NCBI RefSeq assembly: GCF_009914755.1
Contig: NC_060935.1
DNA from: the human T2T-CHM13v2.0 reference genome, Homo sapiens
DNA: 64,000 nucleotides
Direction: 5' to 3' (one strand)
Shown piece by piece: positions 28,770 through 42,440 of this stretch (its first letter is position 1; the number at the start of each line of letters is the position of its first letter). The notes under the pieces are model-generated. The model saw only the letters and a program-made list of their open reading frames with translations. It was not told the DNA's origin and searched no databases. The position numbers and the translations under genes were made by a program.

Positions 28770-30500
28770 TAAAAATATCACAAACAAATCTCTCAATTCC
28801 TGTCTCCTCCCCACCCCCAACCCTGCAACCCTGCCAAATACTTTTTCCTGATTCTGCCTCCGTTTCAGTAGATGGCCCACCATTCCTGTATTAATAGTTG
28901 TTCAAGGCTAAAGCCTGTGAGTCACCTTGGATTCTTTTTTTTTTTCTCATCCTCAGACATCCAGTGCTTTGGCAATTTCTATCCTTTGCAAATCACATCA
29001 TGATTCTATTCGCTTATTTTCCAATGTGTTGGCAGTCCAAGCAATAATTTCTTAGCTGGTCTTCTTCCACTTTAGCACCCTTGCAAACATTCTTCATACC
29101 ATAAACAACTTTAGTTTTTAGAAATGCAAACCAAAGCATATAATTTTCCTGTTTAAAACCTATATCCATATTTGGCATCTTTGTGTTCCTCAAACAAGCC
29201 AGACTTGTTCTTACTTGAAGGTTTTAATAGGTGTTCTTCCTTCGGTCTGAAATGCTTTCCTCCCAAACTTTCATGTGGCCTTCTTCTTCCTATTGTTCAC
29301 TTCTCAGCTTGGATGTATCCTCTTGAGAAGAGAATTGCTTCTGGAGATTGATTTCTTACTGCTGAATCTGAAGTAATCTAATCATTCTCTATCCCTTTGT
29401 ATTGTCATATTGTCTTAATACATTAGTACTACCTCGATATCTTCTTGTTTATTCATTTATTTTCTTATTTTGTTTCTCTTCCCACTAGAGCATTATCTAT
29501 TTTAAAGTAAGATCTTTGTCTCGTTAACTGTGTATATCCTTGAGGTTTATAACAGTGCCTAGCCCATCATAGTTACTCAATTATTATTTCAGTTAATAGC
29601 ATCAGAAATTTTTTCTATAACTTGTCTTTGGCAAAAGGATAAGGATGGACAGCTAGGATGTGGCCAAGTCCCATTTTAATTTATATATTTTTAAAGTTTA
29701 AAAAAACCTATTTAATGAAGTATATGGACAAAAAGTACTTACAAGATTATGGCTCACTGAAATTTCCACAAACTGAATTCCCCCACGTAGCCAGCACCTT
29801 AATCAAGAAACAGAACATTATAAGTACCACTGAATCTACTCATGTAATGTTGCCTTTCAGCCTCTACCATCCCCTAACTTTATCTTCCCCTGTTCCTGAG
29901 GTAGACACCAGACACCTAACTATATAGATTACTTTTGCCTGTTTTTGTAAAACTGGAAACATACAGCATATATGCTCTAGTGTTTGGGTTCCTGTAGTTA
30001 ACATTATATTTGATAGATTCAGCTATGTGTTTGCATTTAGTTGTAGTCCATTTATTCTCAATGCTATACAGTATACCTTTGTGTAATTATATGTATTTCT
30101 GTTGATGGACATGCTGGTAGTTTTGAGTTTGGGATGATTATGGGTAATGCTGCTATACCTTTAGGTGAATATATAGATATATTTCTGTTGAGTATATATG
30201 TAGGAGTAGAATTGCTAGGCCACAGGTTATGCATTTGTTCACCATTACTAGTTAATGCCAAATAGTATTCCAAGAGAATTTTCTGTTTGTTTAAAAGATT
30301 TTTTAAAATTCTACATCAGAAAAGTACACATAAATGTACAATTCAATAAATTTTCCATAAACTGAACCTATGTAACTTGCCCAAAATAAAAAATAAAATA
30401 AGAACAGCATTATCAGTATTTTAGAAGTGGCTTCTTCCTACTCCTTTCTACCTATGACCCAACATTCCCCACCTCATACATGGGTAACTACTTTCCTGCA
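28770..30500. mobile_element. L2 fragment (~28770-29600) and L1M fragments (~29680-30500)
   Basis: L2-like phrases; aatcaagaaacagaacatta and ggagtagaattgctagg L1M 3' motifs. Confidence 0.55.
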
Positions 30501-31775
30501 CTACGTGAACTGTTGTTTTTAATATTTGACACAGATTTTTTTTTTGGAGGATATAAACTAATACTTTTTTCAGCTTGCCTAAAAACTTGGTAATTTTCCA
30601 AAATGCTTTTGAATATTTATTTGACTTTTATAATACCACTATGAGGCTATTAGTGTTAGTGCCTTTTCACAAAAGAGAAAAGCAAAACAGAATTTGAATG
30701 ATGTATCATTGTGTTTCACGTTTGTGATAGAATTAATTAATAGCATTGTAAGACATAGATATATAAATAGGTATCTTACACCATTATGTTTTGAATAAAA
30801 GGCAGATGCTCTAAAATGATATTGAATCTGAGTAAAAATCTGTTAAATCTTGATTACAGAATTTTCTGACATGAAGGAACTTCCACATGTGTAGAATTAA
30901 ATGCCAAAAAAGAGAAAAAGGTCTAACTCTTGGGAACAATTGGTATTGAGAGTAATAGCCATGCGACCTAGAGCAAGTTTCCTAATCTTTAAGCCTGAGT
31001 TTCCTGATCTTTAAATTAGGAATGATAGTAGACACTATCTCAGTTTATTCGAATATCCAGAAGTTTAAATTACAAAAGCTACATGAAGCATTTAACATTT
31101 AGTACATTTAATATGTGGAGTTAAGCTATCAGTAATTGTTGGCTGTTATTATTGCTATTGTTGTAATTTAAGTTCTATTCATTTTATTTTATCCTGAACA
31201 ACATAAAATTTGTTTTGAGAAAAATAGGTAGAAAAAAATAAGATTTTCTTATAAAAATTCGATAAAATATTTCACATAATGGCTGCTGTTTCTGTTTTAT
31301 AAGTTGAAAGATACACTAATATGTCTGTATTCCTTAATGACTTATCAATGACTGGCTAACTTATCAGTGACTGTCTAAATGATAAAGGTATCATTTAGTG
31401 AGTATCAGGACAACTAGAAATTTGAGTCCTGGTGAAGTCCTTTGTTTAGTCACTGTTGACTATAAGATGTAGGCAGATAACAACTTTATTCTTCCACTAT
31501 ATAGGTCCCCTTATCCTGCAGGAGGCAACCTAAATCCCTTATGTTCCAAGGCATGTAGATAATCAATTTTTGTCATATCTCTAAATTTTATAGTAATGAA
31601 ATGGAACTATGCTAGTAATGCTAACAATAAAGTTTATTAGCTAGTTTAAATGTAGTTATGTGTCTCCTGTATTTACTGTGATCTGAGATTTAATTCTTAC
31701 ATTTTAACATTACCACAAAATTGTGATGACAAGGATATTTCTGTTGCAAAATGAAATAATATACAAGAAGTTCCT

Positions 31776-32065
<290 letters not shown>

Positions 32066-32594
32066 TCATGACGTTTAGAAGAGTGTAATGTGTGAAGGTG
32101 TTTCATAGAGTTTCCCTGTTAATCAGATTATTTTATAAACTGACAGTTTCATCAAATGTGTAAAATCATGTTTTGGATAGGTTCTCTTAAGGAATTTCCA
32201 ATTTAAGTAGCCAGGATTGTGTGGCAGATAATTCAGATAATCTGACTGGATTCAGAGTACCTCATTTCTATTTCAGATCTTCGAGATTGTATAACTTTCT
32301 CATTTTGGTGCCTCAGCCTCCCTATCCCTTAGGAAGGTTTCTCCATATGTATAATTGTATAATATTAATACTTCTATCTTTGCTATAAGGATTAAGTGAA
32401 TTTATACATGTAAAATATTTGGAAAATTTTACTTGATTAAAAAATCTCAAATATTTACTACTATTAATAGTCATTTGAATAAATGATTTAGTTGTATTAA
32501 ATACATTTGGCTACATGTTATAAATATAACTCAAGGCAGGAATTTAGTTAATATTTTAGAAATGAAATTAATGAGTGTTTTTTTAAAATTATAG

Positions 32595-32803
32595 GTGCCA
32601 AAGATGTACAATGGGAATTTGTACATGGTTTACTTGAAAATGCTATTTATGGAGGACGTATAGACAACTATTTTGACCTTAGAGTTCTTCAGTCATACCT
32701 GAAGCAGTTTTTTAATTCTTCAGTTATTGATGTATTCAACCAAAGGAACAAGAAAAGCATTTTTCCATATTCCGTATCTCTACCACAATCCTGCAGCATT
32801 TTG
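32595..32803 (+). CDS. DYNC2H1: DYNC2H1 coding exon, 209 nt, phase 1 to 0: (G)AKDVQWEFVHGLLENAIYGGRIDNYFDLRVLQSYLKQFFNSSVIDVFNQRNKKSIFPYSVSLPQSCSIL
   Basis: attatag|GT acceptor and TTG|gtaggt donor; YGGRIDxxxDxRVL AAA-lid motif. Confidence 0.95.
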
Positions 32804-35465
32804 GTAGGTAAAATGAATGATTTTCAATCTATTTCCAGGTAGATACGTGAATCATTTCTTACATTGTTAAATACACGTTACTTCTTTTCAAATGCACAAG
32901 TAATTATTCACAGTTTGGATTATTTCTTATGACAATATATGGCTTGATTCTTTCAACTTTAGTGAGGCATCCTAAAAACTTTTGAGTACTTACTGAAAGT
33001 TGGGTGGTTGATCATAATAATAGGCTGGTATATAGACAGATCTTGAAGGGAGTGGCCAAAGAAAATTCAAATAAGGTAGGACTGCTGTGAAAAGCTGAAG
33101 TGGGAGAATATGCACTTCATAGTAGGCATGAGTATACTCTCATATATTGAAAAATATGAAAGAAGACAAATATTATTTAATAAATATGTGTCTTCAGTTT
33201 CTGGCTTGTACACTTAAAGCTTGTCTAAATATGTAAAAGGAATTTACTTTGTTTTTCACAGCAACATTTTGTGTATTTATTTCAGCCAGCTGTAGCTTTT
33301 TGCCTTGAGCCGTCACATGAAAGCCTCCTAGAATGTACTCATCTTTTCCAGAAAATAGTAATAAGTATGGCCAAAAGATTTCAATTCTGATTTATTTTGC
33401 CATAAACCTATCTGTGTATAAGTGTGCAAATAATTCTTTATTAGAGTACTATAATTATACATTTCTTCATGAATTACAAAGGCATATATCTATTCAATTA
33501 TGTAGTTCTCTCAGTTTTGTGCTGTTTCCTTTCATCCAAATTTTTTTCAAGAAAAATCCTTCATTTGGCACATAATTGTCAAAAAATAAAAGTTTAAAAA
33601 TCACTATTAAATATATTACTCTTACTGACTATCTTACTTATTACCTTAAGTATCCTGTTTTGTTTCTAGTATCTTTAATTTACTCATTCATTCAATAATA
33701 TGCATTGAACATCTGCTCAGTGATAGTTCTGTTCTAGGTATTGTGGATATAGTAATGCACCTGTGGAGTTTACCTTCTAGCAGAACCTTAGAGTGAATGA
33801 ATAAATAGAGAATATTGCATAATTATTATACATTTAACTCAGATAGTGTACCCCAACAAGTTTTCCAACTCTATTGTTAGAAGCTTACATTGAAAAATAC
33901 AATTCATACAGAAATGTATACATCATAAGTGCACAATTCCATGAATTTTCATACATAGACCACATGAGTGTAGCCAGTTCTGGGGTCAAGAAACAGAGTA
34001 TTATTAGCTTCCCAGAATTTCTCCTTATGTTCCCTTCTAGTTACTACCTCTCCCACAAAGGGTACATTATACTTAACTCTAACAGCCTAGTTTTCTTGTT
34101 TTTGTGCTGTTTATATAAATTATATCACATGGTATATATATATTCTTATGTACAAGTAAGGGTAAATCAGTCTGAATATGTAACTGCCAGTTACTAGTCA
34201 GCATATCACTGTATAGTTCTAGATAGACAGAAGACTCTAGCCAGTCTAGACAAGATTTCATAGCTATTTTGAAATAAGCAAAGTGTATAACTCTACAAAG
34301 AGTAAATATTTTTAAATTTATAGGATGACTTATGACAATCACTGTTTAGCTTTCTAATTGAGTTAGATGAAAGACACTGAATGTTTCCCACGATAATACA
34401 TGCACACATATATGCAAACATACACTCATGTACATGTACATATACATTTATACGTATATATTGTGATTGAATACCTTGAGGAAGTTTACAAATGCTAAGC
34501 TAAAGGATTGGAAGAATTTCAAAGAACAGCATGACTTTCCAAAATGTGACATATTTACAGGCCCCGGACTTCCTGGAGTCCAACTGTCTCCTTGGAAATA
34601 CTTCAGGGTCAGCTGCTAAGGATAAGAACGGATGAGGGGAAGTCAGAGGCCAAGTCTCCCATGCCTACTTCAGCAAACACGGTTTAGATGCACGTGCAGT
34701 ACTTGCCTTAAAATAACTTCTCTTCATGAAAACAAAACAGTTTCCATGTTTAGGCCAAACTGAATAAGTGTTTTTGCCTGCACTGAGTTTTTGATTTAAA
34801 GTCATGAGTGAGTAACTGTTGAAATGAATGCTCAACAAGCCAAGCTTATTCAATGTGTAGGGTAATTCTTAGGATGAAATGATAGGATTATCAATGCATT
34901 TTATCACACCTCACCAGCAAACTGAAGACTAACTGGAATTGCTCTATTATAAAGCAATTTACAAAGCAGTGCTTGCATACTAGTGTGTGTCTACACGTTT
35001 ACAAGGTTTCTCTAAGTTAAAAAGAAACAAAAGTAGATTGCCTGAATATATAAATATATATATATATATAACTGCTTAATTTAACATGAGCAGAACTGCA
35101 CTCTGCAGATTGGTCTTTGGTAAGTTATAGGAAAAAAATTACAGAGCTATCCTAAAAACATCTAACATGGTAGCTTACATATAGTAGGCATAATCACTCA
35201 AATATGTTGTAAATAATTCGGAGTCCCTTTGTATGTGGGAGTTATGATAAGAAAATATAATATCAAATAATTGAAGTGTGAAGAAGTATTAATGACAGAA
35301 TACTTCCCACAGATAACTGAGTTAATATCATACAAAGTGAGATTTATCTAGAAAATAAAAATACAAATAATAATTGAACATTTCAAAGTATTCTTTCTTA
35401 TTTCAATGATTGTAAGTTCAATCTTTATTTTTTAAAAAAACTGTTTTTCACTTCTTTATATTTAG

Positions 35466-35570
35466 GACTATCGTGCTGTCATTGAGAAAATTCCAGAGGA
35501 CGACAAACCTAGTTTCTTTGGTCTGCCTGCCAATATCGCTCGCTCATCTCAGCGCATGATCAGTTCTCAG
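35466..35570 (+). CDS. DYNC2H1: DYNC2H1 coding exon, 105 nt, phase 0 to 0: DYRAVIEKIPEDDKPSFFGLPANIARSSQRMISSQ
   Basis: tatttag|GAC acceptor and CAG|gtaacc donor; IPxxDxPxxFGLPxN dynein motif. Confidence 0.95.
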
Positions 35571-35749
35571 GTAACCTAAAAAAAAGATCTACCTTCAAAA
35601 AAAGTTGCTAGTGAGCCTGAAGGAGACAAAATTAAACTTGATTTAGTACTGTAGACCCCACAAGCTTTATTTAAACATTTTATTTTCACAACACATTCCA
35701 GTTTTACTTTAAATATATTTTTTAAAATATTTGATTTTCTGATTTTTTT

Positions 35750-38700
35750 TCTTTTTAAACTTTTATTTTAGACTCAGGGGAAATGTGCAGATTTGTTACA
35801 CAGGTAAATTGTGTGTCGTAAGGGTTTGGTGTACAGATTATTTTATCACGTAGGTAATAAGTATAGTGCCCAACAGGTAATTTTTCGATCCTCCCTCTCC
35901 TCTCACCCTCCACCCTCAAGTAGGCCCTGGTGTCTGTTGTTCCCTTCTTTGTATCCATGTATACTCAGTGTTTAGATCTCACCTATAAGTGAGAACGTGG
36001 TATTTGGTTATCTGTTCCTGTGTTAGTTTGCTTATGAAAATGATCTCCAGCTCCATCCATCCTTGCTGTGAAGGACATGGTCTTGCTCCAGCTCCTTCAC
36101 TTCCTTGCTGCAAAGGACATGGTCTTGTTCTTTTCTTATGTTGCATATTCCATGTTGTCTATGTATCACATTTTCTTTATTCAGTCTACCATTGATGGCC
36201 ATTTAGGTTGACTCCATATCTTTGCTATTGTGGGTAGTGCTGCAGTGAACATTCATGTGCATATGTCTTTATGGTAGAACCATTTATATTCCTTTGAGTA
36301 TATACCCAATAATGGGATTTCTGGGTCAAATGGTAGTTCTGTTTTAAGTTCTTCGAGAAATCGCCAAACTATTTTCCACAATGGTTGATCTAATTTGCAT
36401 TCCCACCAGTGGTGTGTAAGCATTCCCTTTTCTCTGCAACCTTGCCAGCACCTGTTATTTTTTGACTTTTTAATAATAGCCAGTCTGATGGGCATGAGAT
36501 GGTATCTCATTGTGGTTTTGATTTGCATTTCTCTAATGATCACAATGTCAAATATTTTTTCATATGTTTATTGGCCGTATGTATGTCTTCTTTTGAGAAG
36601 CATCTCTTCATGTTTTTTGCCCACTTTTTAATGGGCTTGTTTGTTTTTTGCTTGTTAATTTCTTTAAGTTCCTTATAGATTCTGGACATTGGACCTTTGT
36701 TGAGTACTTAGTTTGCAAACATTTTCTCCTATTCTGTAGGTTGTCTGTTTACTCTGTTGATAGTCTCTTTTGCTCTGCAGAAGCTCTTTAGTTAGGTCTC
36801 ATTTGACAATTTTTGTTTGGGTTGCAATTGCTGTTGGCATCTTTGTCATGAAATTTTTGGGCCAGGGCCAATGTTCAGAATTGTATTTCCTAGGTTGTCT
36901 CCCATGGTTTTTATAGTTTTAGCTTTTACATTTAAGTCTTTAATCCATCTTGAGTTGATTTTTGTATATGGTGGAAGGAGTGGGTCTAGTTTCCATCTTC
37001 TTCACATGGCTAGGTAGTTAACCCAGTACCATTTATTGAATAGGAAGTTCTTTCCCCACTGCTTGTTTTATGGACCTTGTCAAAGATCGTCAGATTGTTG
37101 TAGGTGTGTAGCTTTATTTCTAGGCCCTCTATTCTGTTCTGTTGGTTTATGTGTCTGTTTCCATAGTTCTCTTTGTGGAGATCTTTCACCTGTATACTGC
37201 TGTTAATACTTCTGATTGTATTATGAAATTCTTGTAGTGAATTTTTCCATTCCAGAAGTTCAGTTTGGTTCTTCCTTAAAATGCCTGTTTCATTTTTGAG
37301 CTCTTGGATTGATTTACTGGATACCTTGGATTCTTTGGATCGGATTTCAACTTTCTCCTGAATTTTGTTGAGCTTTTTTGCCACATTCTGCATTCTACGT
37401 CATTTCAGACATTTCAGTCTCATTAGGGACCGTTGCTGGTGGGCGGGGGATGGGCGTATAGTGGGCTCCTTTGAAGGTAAGGGGACACTGGCTTTTTGAA
37501 TTGCCAGAGTTTTTTCTCTGATTCTCATCTGGTGGGGCTGGCGTTCCTTTAACTCTGATGCAAGTTGGGTGCACTCAGTTGGGTTTGGTTTGGGGCGCTT
37601 TCAGAGGGCCAAGGCTCTGTACAGTGTCTTTATTTGTGGGTGAATTCTTGCTCTTGGTTTCCGGCATCTATTAGCAGAATAATGTTTAGTGTTGTAGTTT
37701 GGGCTTCAGTCCAATAGATGGCGCTTAGGAGTAGTGGCTGGTAGATAGGCTCTTACTTAGCCCTGTGGTTTTTTTGTTATTTCCTTGTTTTCGCAGGCAC
37801 GTTCTTGGGAGTAGAGGGAGGGGCGGGGAATAAAATCATCTCACCAGGGCCCCGTCCTTGGCTTTGAGTGAGCCTCTTCTGATCATTGGCTCCTTCCCCG
37901 GGTTTCTTTTGCTATGTGTTCGGGGTGGTTGGGCTCCCTCTGACAGGCTGCATCCGGGAGATAGGCCGGCCATACGCTTTCTGGGCCAGCCCTGTGGAGG
38001 GACGTACGAACCGCCTCTGTGCTGGCCCACAAACCTGCACGTCCCACCCCTCTCAGTGATCTGAGGGTGGGCGCTTCTCCCCAGCTCCAGTGTTGGCCGC
38101 AGATCTGGGCTCGGTACTCCTGAGCTGCAGACCGCATTCCGGGGACACTGGAACAGCCCTTGGCTTGGGGTCAGACTCTGGCAGCACTGGGGGATCTGAA
38201 GTGCCCCTAGGTTACTTGGAAAATACTCAGATAGTGCGGAGCACTCAGGCAGGGCTGTGGAGGCTGCGTTGTGCACACGATCCTGCGGGGTGGCTATGGA
38301 GGGGCTCGGCAGTGGGAAGGCCTGCAGAACAGATGTGCCCCAATCCTGTGGGGGAAGCCAGCCTGCTGTCTCTTGGCCTGGCAGTCAGCTGATGCTAGAG
38401 CCTCTAGGAGGGTGATGAGGACCCCTGGGGGAATGGGCACTTAGGGCCTTACTCTACTACAGCTGTCCTGCACACAAAAGCTCCTGAGCTCCACAGCAGC
38501 TGAAGCACTGTTTCTGCCTAGTCTCCAGGCAGATCCTCCACCAGCTCACACATCCATGGTGGATGCGGGGTCCGCTGAGCTAGGATTCCATAGGTCCAAG
38601 GTGAGGGTGAGATGTCCCTCAGTCTCCTCACTCATCACTTCCTCAGGAGTTGCTTGGGGCCGGGAACAGCCCCGAGCATTATGTTAAGGCACACAGGGTT

Positions 38701-38875
38701 CCAGCTTCCTCCCGCTTCACCCTGAGCATCAGCGTCACTTCTCCATCCACTCTCGGTAGTGTTTTCTTCCCCAAGATCTGCCCAAATTTTGTTGGATTAC
38801 TTGATAATTTGGTATCTCTCAGTGGGAATGGTTCTTCCTGGCTGCATCTAGTTAGCCATCTTGTTCCAGCCCTCT
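35750..38875 (-). mobile_element. L1PA13-16-like element with both UTRs but a large internal deletion (~3.1 kb remains)
   Basis: 3'UTR ggtttggtgtacagattatt; ORF 36253..36543(-) IIREMQIKTTMRYHL is the ORF2 C-terminus; ORF1 coiled coil at 37190-37390; GC-rich 5'UTR ending in agccatcttg (YY1). Confidence 0.9.
37711..37725 (+). promoter_or_regulatory. CTCF-like motif CCAATAGATGGCGCT in the L1 5'UTR
   Basis: Close match to the CTCF core CCASYAGRKGGCRS; motif match only. Confidence 0.5.
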
Positions 38876-41800
38876 CTATTTTAATGTTTAAACTCAAGTT
38901 CTACCCAAATACATACGTGTGTGTGTGTATAATACATATATTTGAATATTCACATAAAATTTTACAATACTTAAGCAAATAAGGTTAATATAATTAAAAG
39001 GTTATTAAAAGAATAAAAAGTTATTTCATAGGCTCCAAAAAAGGATTTGCTTTGGGAACCTTATCAATAGAAGTTCAAAACCTTCTCTTGAAAGTTCTAT
39101 TATTAACAGAACATGGCTTCTGCAACTGCTAGTCTCAGTATCATTCAGGTTCTAGGGGAATCTGATTTAGCATAGTTTGGATCAATTATCTAATGAAGGT
39201 AATAGGGTAAGATAGAGCAGATACAGCCTTAGAGACTTAGAGATACAGGAGAAGAAATACAGAATGTTCAGCATCTTCATCTTACAGGGAGGCCAAGCAA
39301 AGCAGCTACCTATATACAGAACTTATTTTGCTCCTGGGCCATTGACAAGAGCCAAGGATGTGGGGGTCATCTTGGTACTGCGAAGCTGTAGCCTTAGTTT
39401 CCCACCAATCTTCTATTTCATGTTAGCTACAAAAGTCCAGTGCTTGTATACCAACACACAGCTCCCCAGGCTAAGTGGAGTCCCAAGGAACAGGGGTTTC
39501 ATGACAAACTAGGCAGATAAAACATTCCACCCTTATCTTAACTACGTAGTTTCTAAGGAAATAGTACTATGAGAAGATAGACGCCCATGTTGTTTACCCA
39601 GATTGTCCTGATTCAACCCAGACTTCATTTTACTTTTTACTCACTCGAATATAGCAAAAAATTATCCCAAATTTATCGTAATATGATCTAATTTCTACTA
39701 GTTTGTCTTGCCTTAGTATTCCAATTTTTATGAATACTTTTGGGATGAAACGAAGATAAAATTCTTCCTAAGGTTTTTTGGTTAACACTTATTTTCTTAT
39801 TTGTATTTTAACTGTCAGTCTGTTTCACTGCTTATTTACTTGAGTACTTATTTTTTAATTACCATTTTTTACTTAAAAGGGTTTCACAGTGCTTCAATCA
39901 TTTTAACGTTTTATTTTTCAAATTATAAAGATGTATATGCAACTGAACTAATAGAATTTATATATTTAGAGATTTTTTTCATTCCAAGCCACATTTAAAC
40001 ACCCTTATTTGAAAGTAAATATTCAGATACTACAAAGTTTGATTTGACACCATGCCTGTCAATGTACTTAACAAAAAGTAGATTAGAAAACATTATTTAT
40101 CATGCACAAATTCAGGGATATAAGAACTGATATTGCATCAGGTATTTGATGATTTGGGCTTTTAAGGACAGGCTAATGCCAAAGTTGTATAACCAATTTT
40201 GTACAAATATGAAGGCCAAAAATGAGTACATACATTCAAGGCAATGACCACAAGTTGTATCTATCTACTGCAAATTGTTGATTATACTTATGTACAGATG
40301 ATGTGTGTCAGTAGTTAGCAGTTTTTTTGTTTTTGTAACCTGCTGCAGTATACACACCACATGGCATTCTCAACCACATCAGCTAATACACTCTTTTCCT
40401 CAACTTTTCCACTGTTATAATTACCGTAGGGATGTTACATTAACCAAAATGTGAAAGTCAAAAGCAAGAGACTTTGGGTTTTGTTTTTGATGGTGAGGAG
40501 GGGGAGAGATAAATTTGATATGTTAGTTCGAATTGCCCATGCAATAATGTTTATTTGAGTTGCCATAAAATATCTATTTGGAAATGTCTAGTAGGAACAT
40601 AGACTAAATAAACGTAGGACAGACTTCAGATGTAGATATGATAAAAAAGATTTGACAAAAAAGAAGTACATCTGTGACAGAGGAAGCTGTGAGAATTAGA
40701 GATTGATTGCTAGGAAGGATGAAACAGAAAAGAAAGATGCCTGAAGGTAGTATCCTGGGAAATATCTATGATTAACACATACTTGAAGATGGGAAAATCT
40801 TTGAAAGAATTTTAGCAAGAGTGATCTGCATTCAGAAAACAAGACAAGCAGAAGAGCTTTAAAAGAGAGTCTTCAGGTGATGGGAGGGAGTGATGCTGGT
40901 TGTTCAGGGAGTGGAAGAGGAGGGCTAAGTTATAAGGAATTGGGCATTATTCAGTATTTCAAAATCTTTTCTAGAATCATCTCTGTAGAATGTTGGAGGA
41001 TAGAAATCTAATTGCAGTAGTTTGGGAGGGAAAGTGGGTGAAAAAGTGATGCAAATGAATATAGGTGATTAATTTAGGAAGTTTGACACTGACCAGAACC
41101 TCTGTCTCTGCCAATAAAAGTTAAAGGCAAAATGTAAGTAATCTAATGTGAATACAAGATTCAGGGAGAAATTGTTATTACTGATGTTAGAAGAAACTGA
41201 AGCATGTTTTTTTCTGTACTCTCTTACAGGATTCTGAGTTATTCAAGGGTAGAGCATGTATTTTTCTTCTCCTTTTCTTTTTTTTTGTTGTGGGGTGGTG
41301 TGCCAGTACCTGTTTGCTGATGGTACCCTTAGTGTCCTTGGTACTTTCTATTAATGAATATTGCTTTTGTTTTAAAGATGTATTTTACATTTAAAGCAAC
41401 TATAAATATTGTTTGAGTTGATTGAAAAAATATCTTAAAATATTTTTGCTATTAGCGTTTTTGGCTATAGGTATTTCAGTATTTCTTTATATCTTTTCTA
41501 GAATTACTCTTGCCACTGCTTTTGCTTATTTAAATTCTTCGTTCAATACCCAGTCCAAAGCTTATCCTCTCCTGAAGTATTTGTATTGATCCTCTGGTAT
41601 TTTTTACTTTTATTTATCTCAGCTATCCAACATTATTTGCCTCTAATATAATATTAGAATAGGTTTTGGAATGTAAAGGTGAATAAAAATAGTCCCTGTT
41701 TTGAAGGAATTCAGTTTGGTGGGGAGAGAAATGTGTAGAAAAAGTCCCACTGCCACGTAAGTGGTAAAATAGAAACATGTATTCTACTAAGTTTGTACCT

Positions 41801-42127
41801 TGTGAATTTATATCTGAATAAATATATGTACTTTTCATTTCATTGCTGAAGAAAAACTTTTTGCATGAATTAGATCATTTGTGTTGTTTGTACGAATTTG
41901 TGCAATCAAGACAGTTTGAGTAAATGAGAAACACTTTAAAATTAAGCTAAATTAAGTTCTTCTGAAGAAATCTTTAAAGCAGAAATTATACTTCTCTTAT
42001 AACTTCAGACTTAGTAATGTTTGAAATTTTGCTTCTTTTAAATTAAAAACGTAATTGTAGTTTCTACAGCTTTTTGTTTGGTTAAAACAGACTTTTGTTT
42101 CAGAAAATGAAAACTAAACAATAAATT

Positions 42128-42440
<313 letters not shown>

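Noticed and set aside
37836-38982. Several overlapping 68-146 aa ORFs on both strands
   Set aside because: Expected in a GC-rich, stop-poor L1 5'UTR; no recognisable protein. The same applies to 50936-51976.
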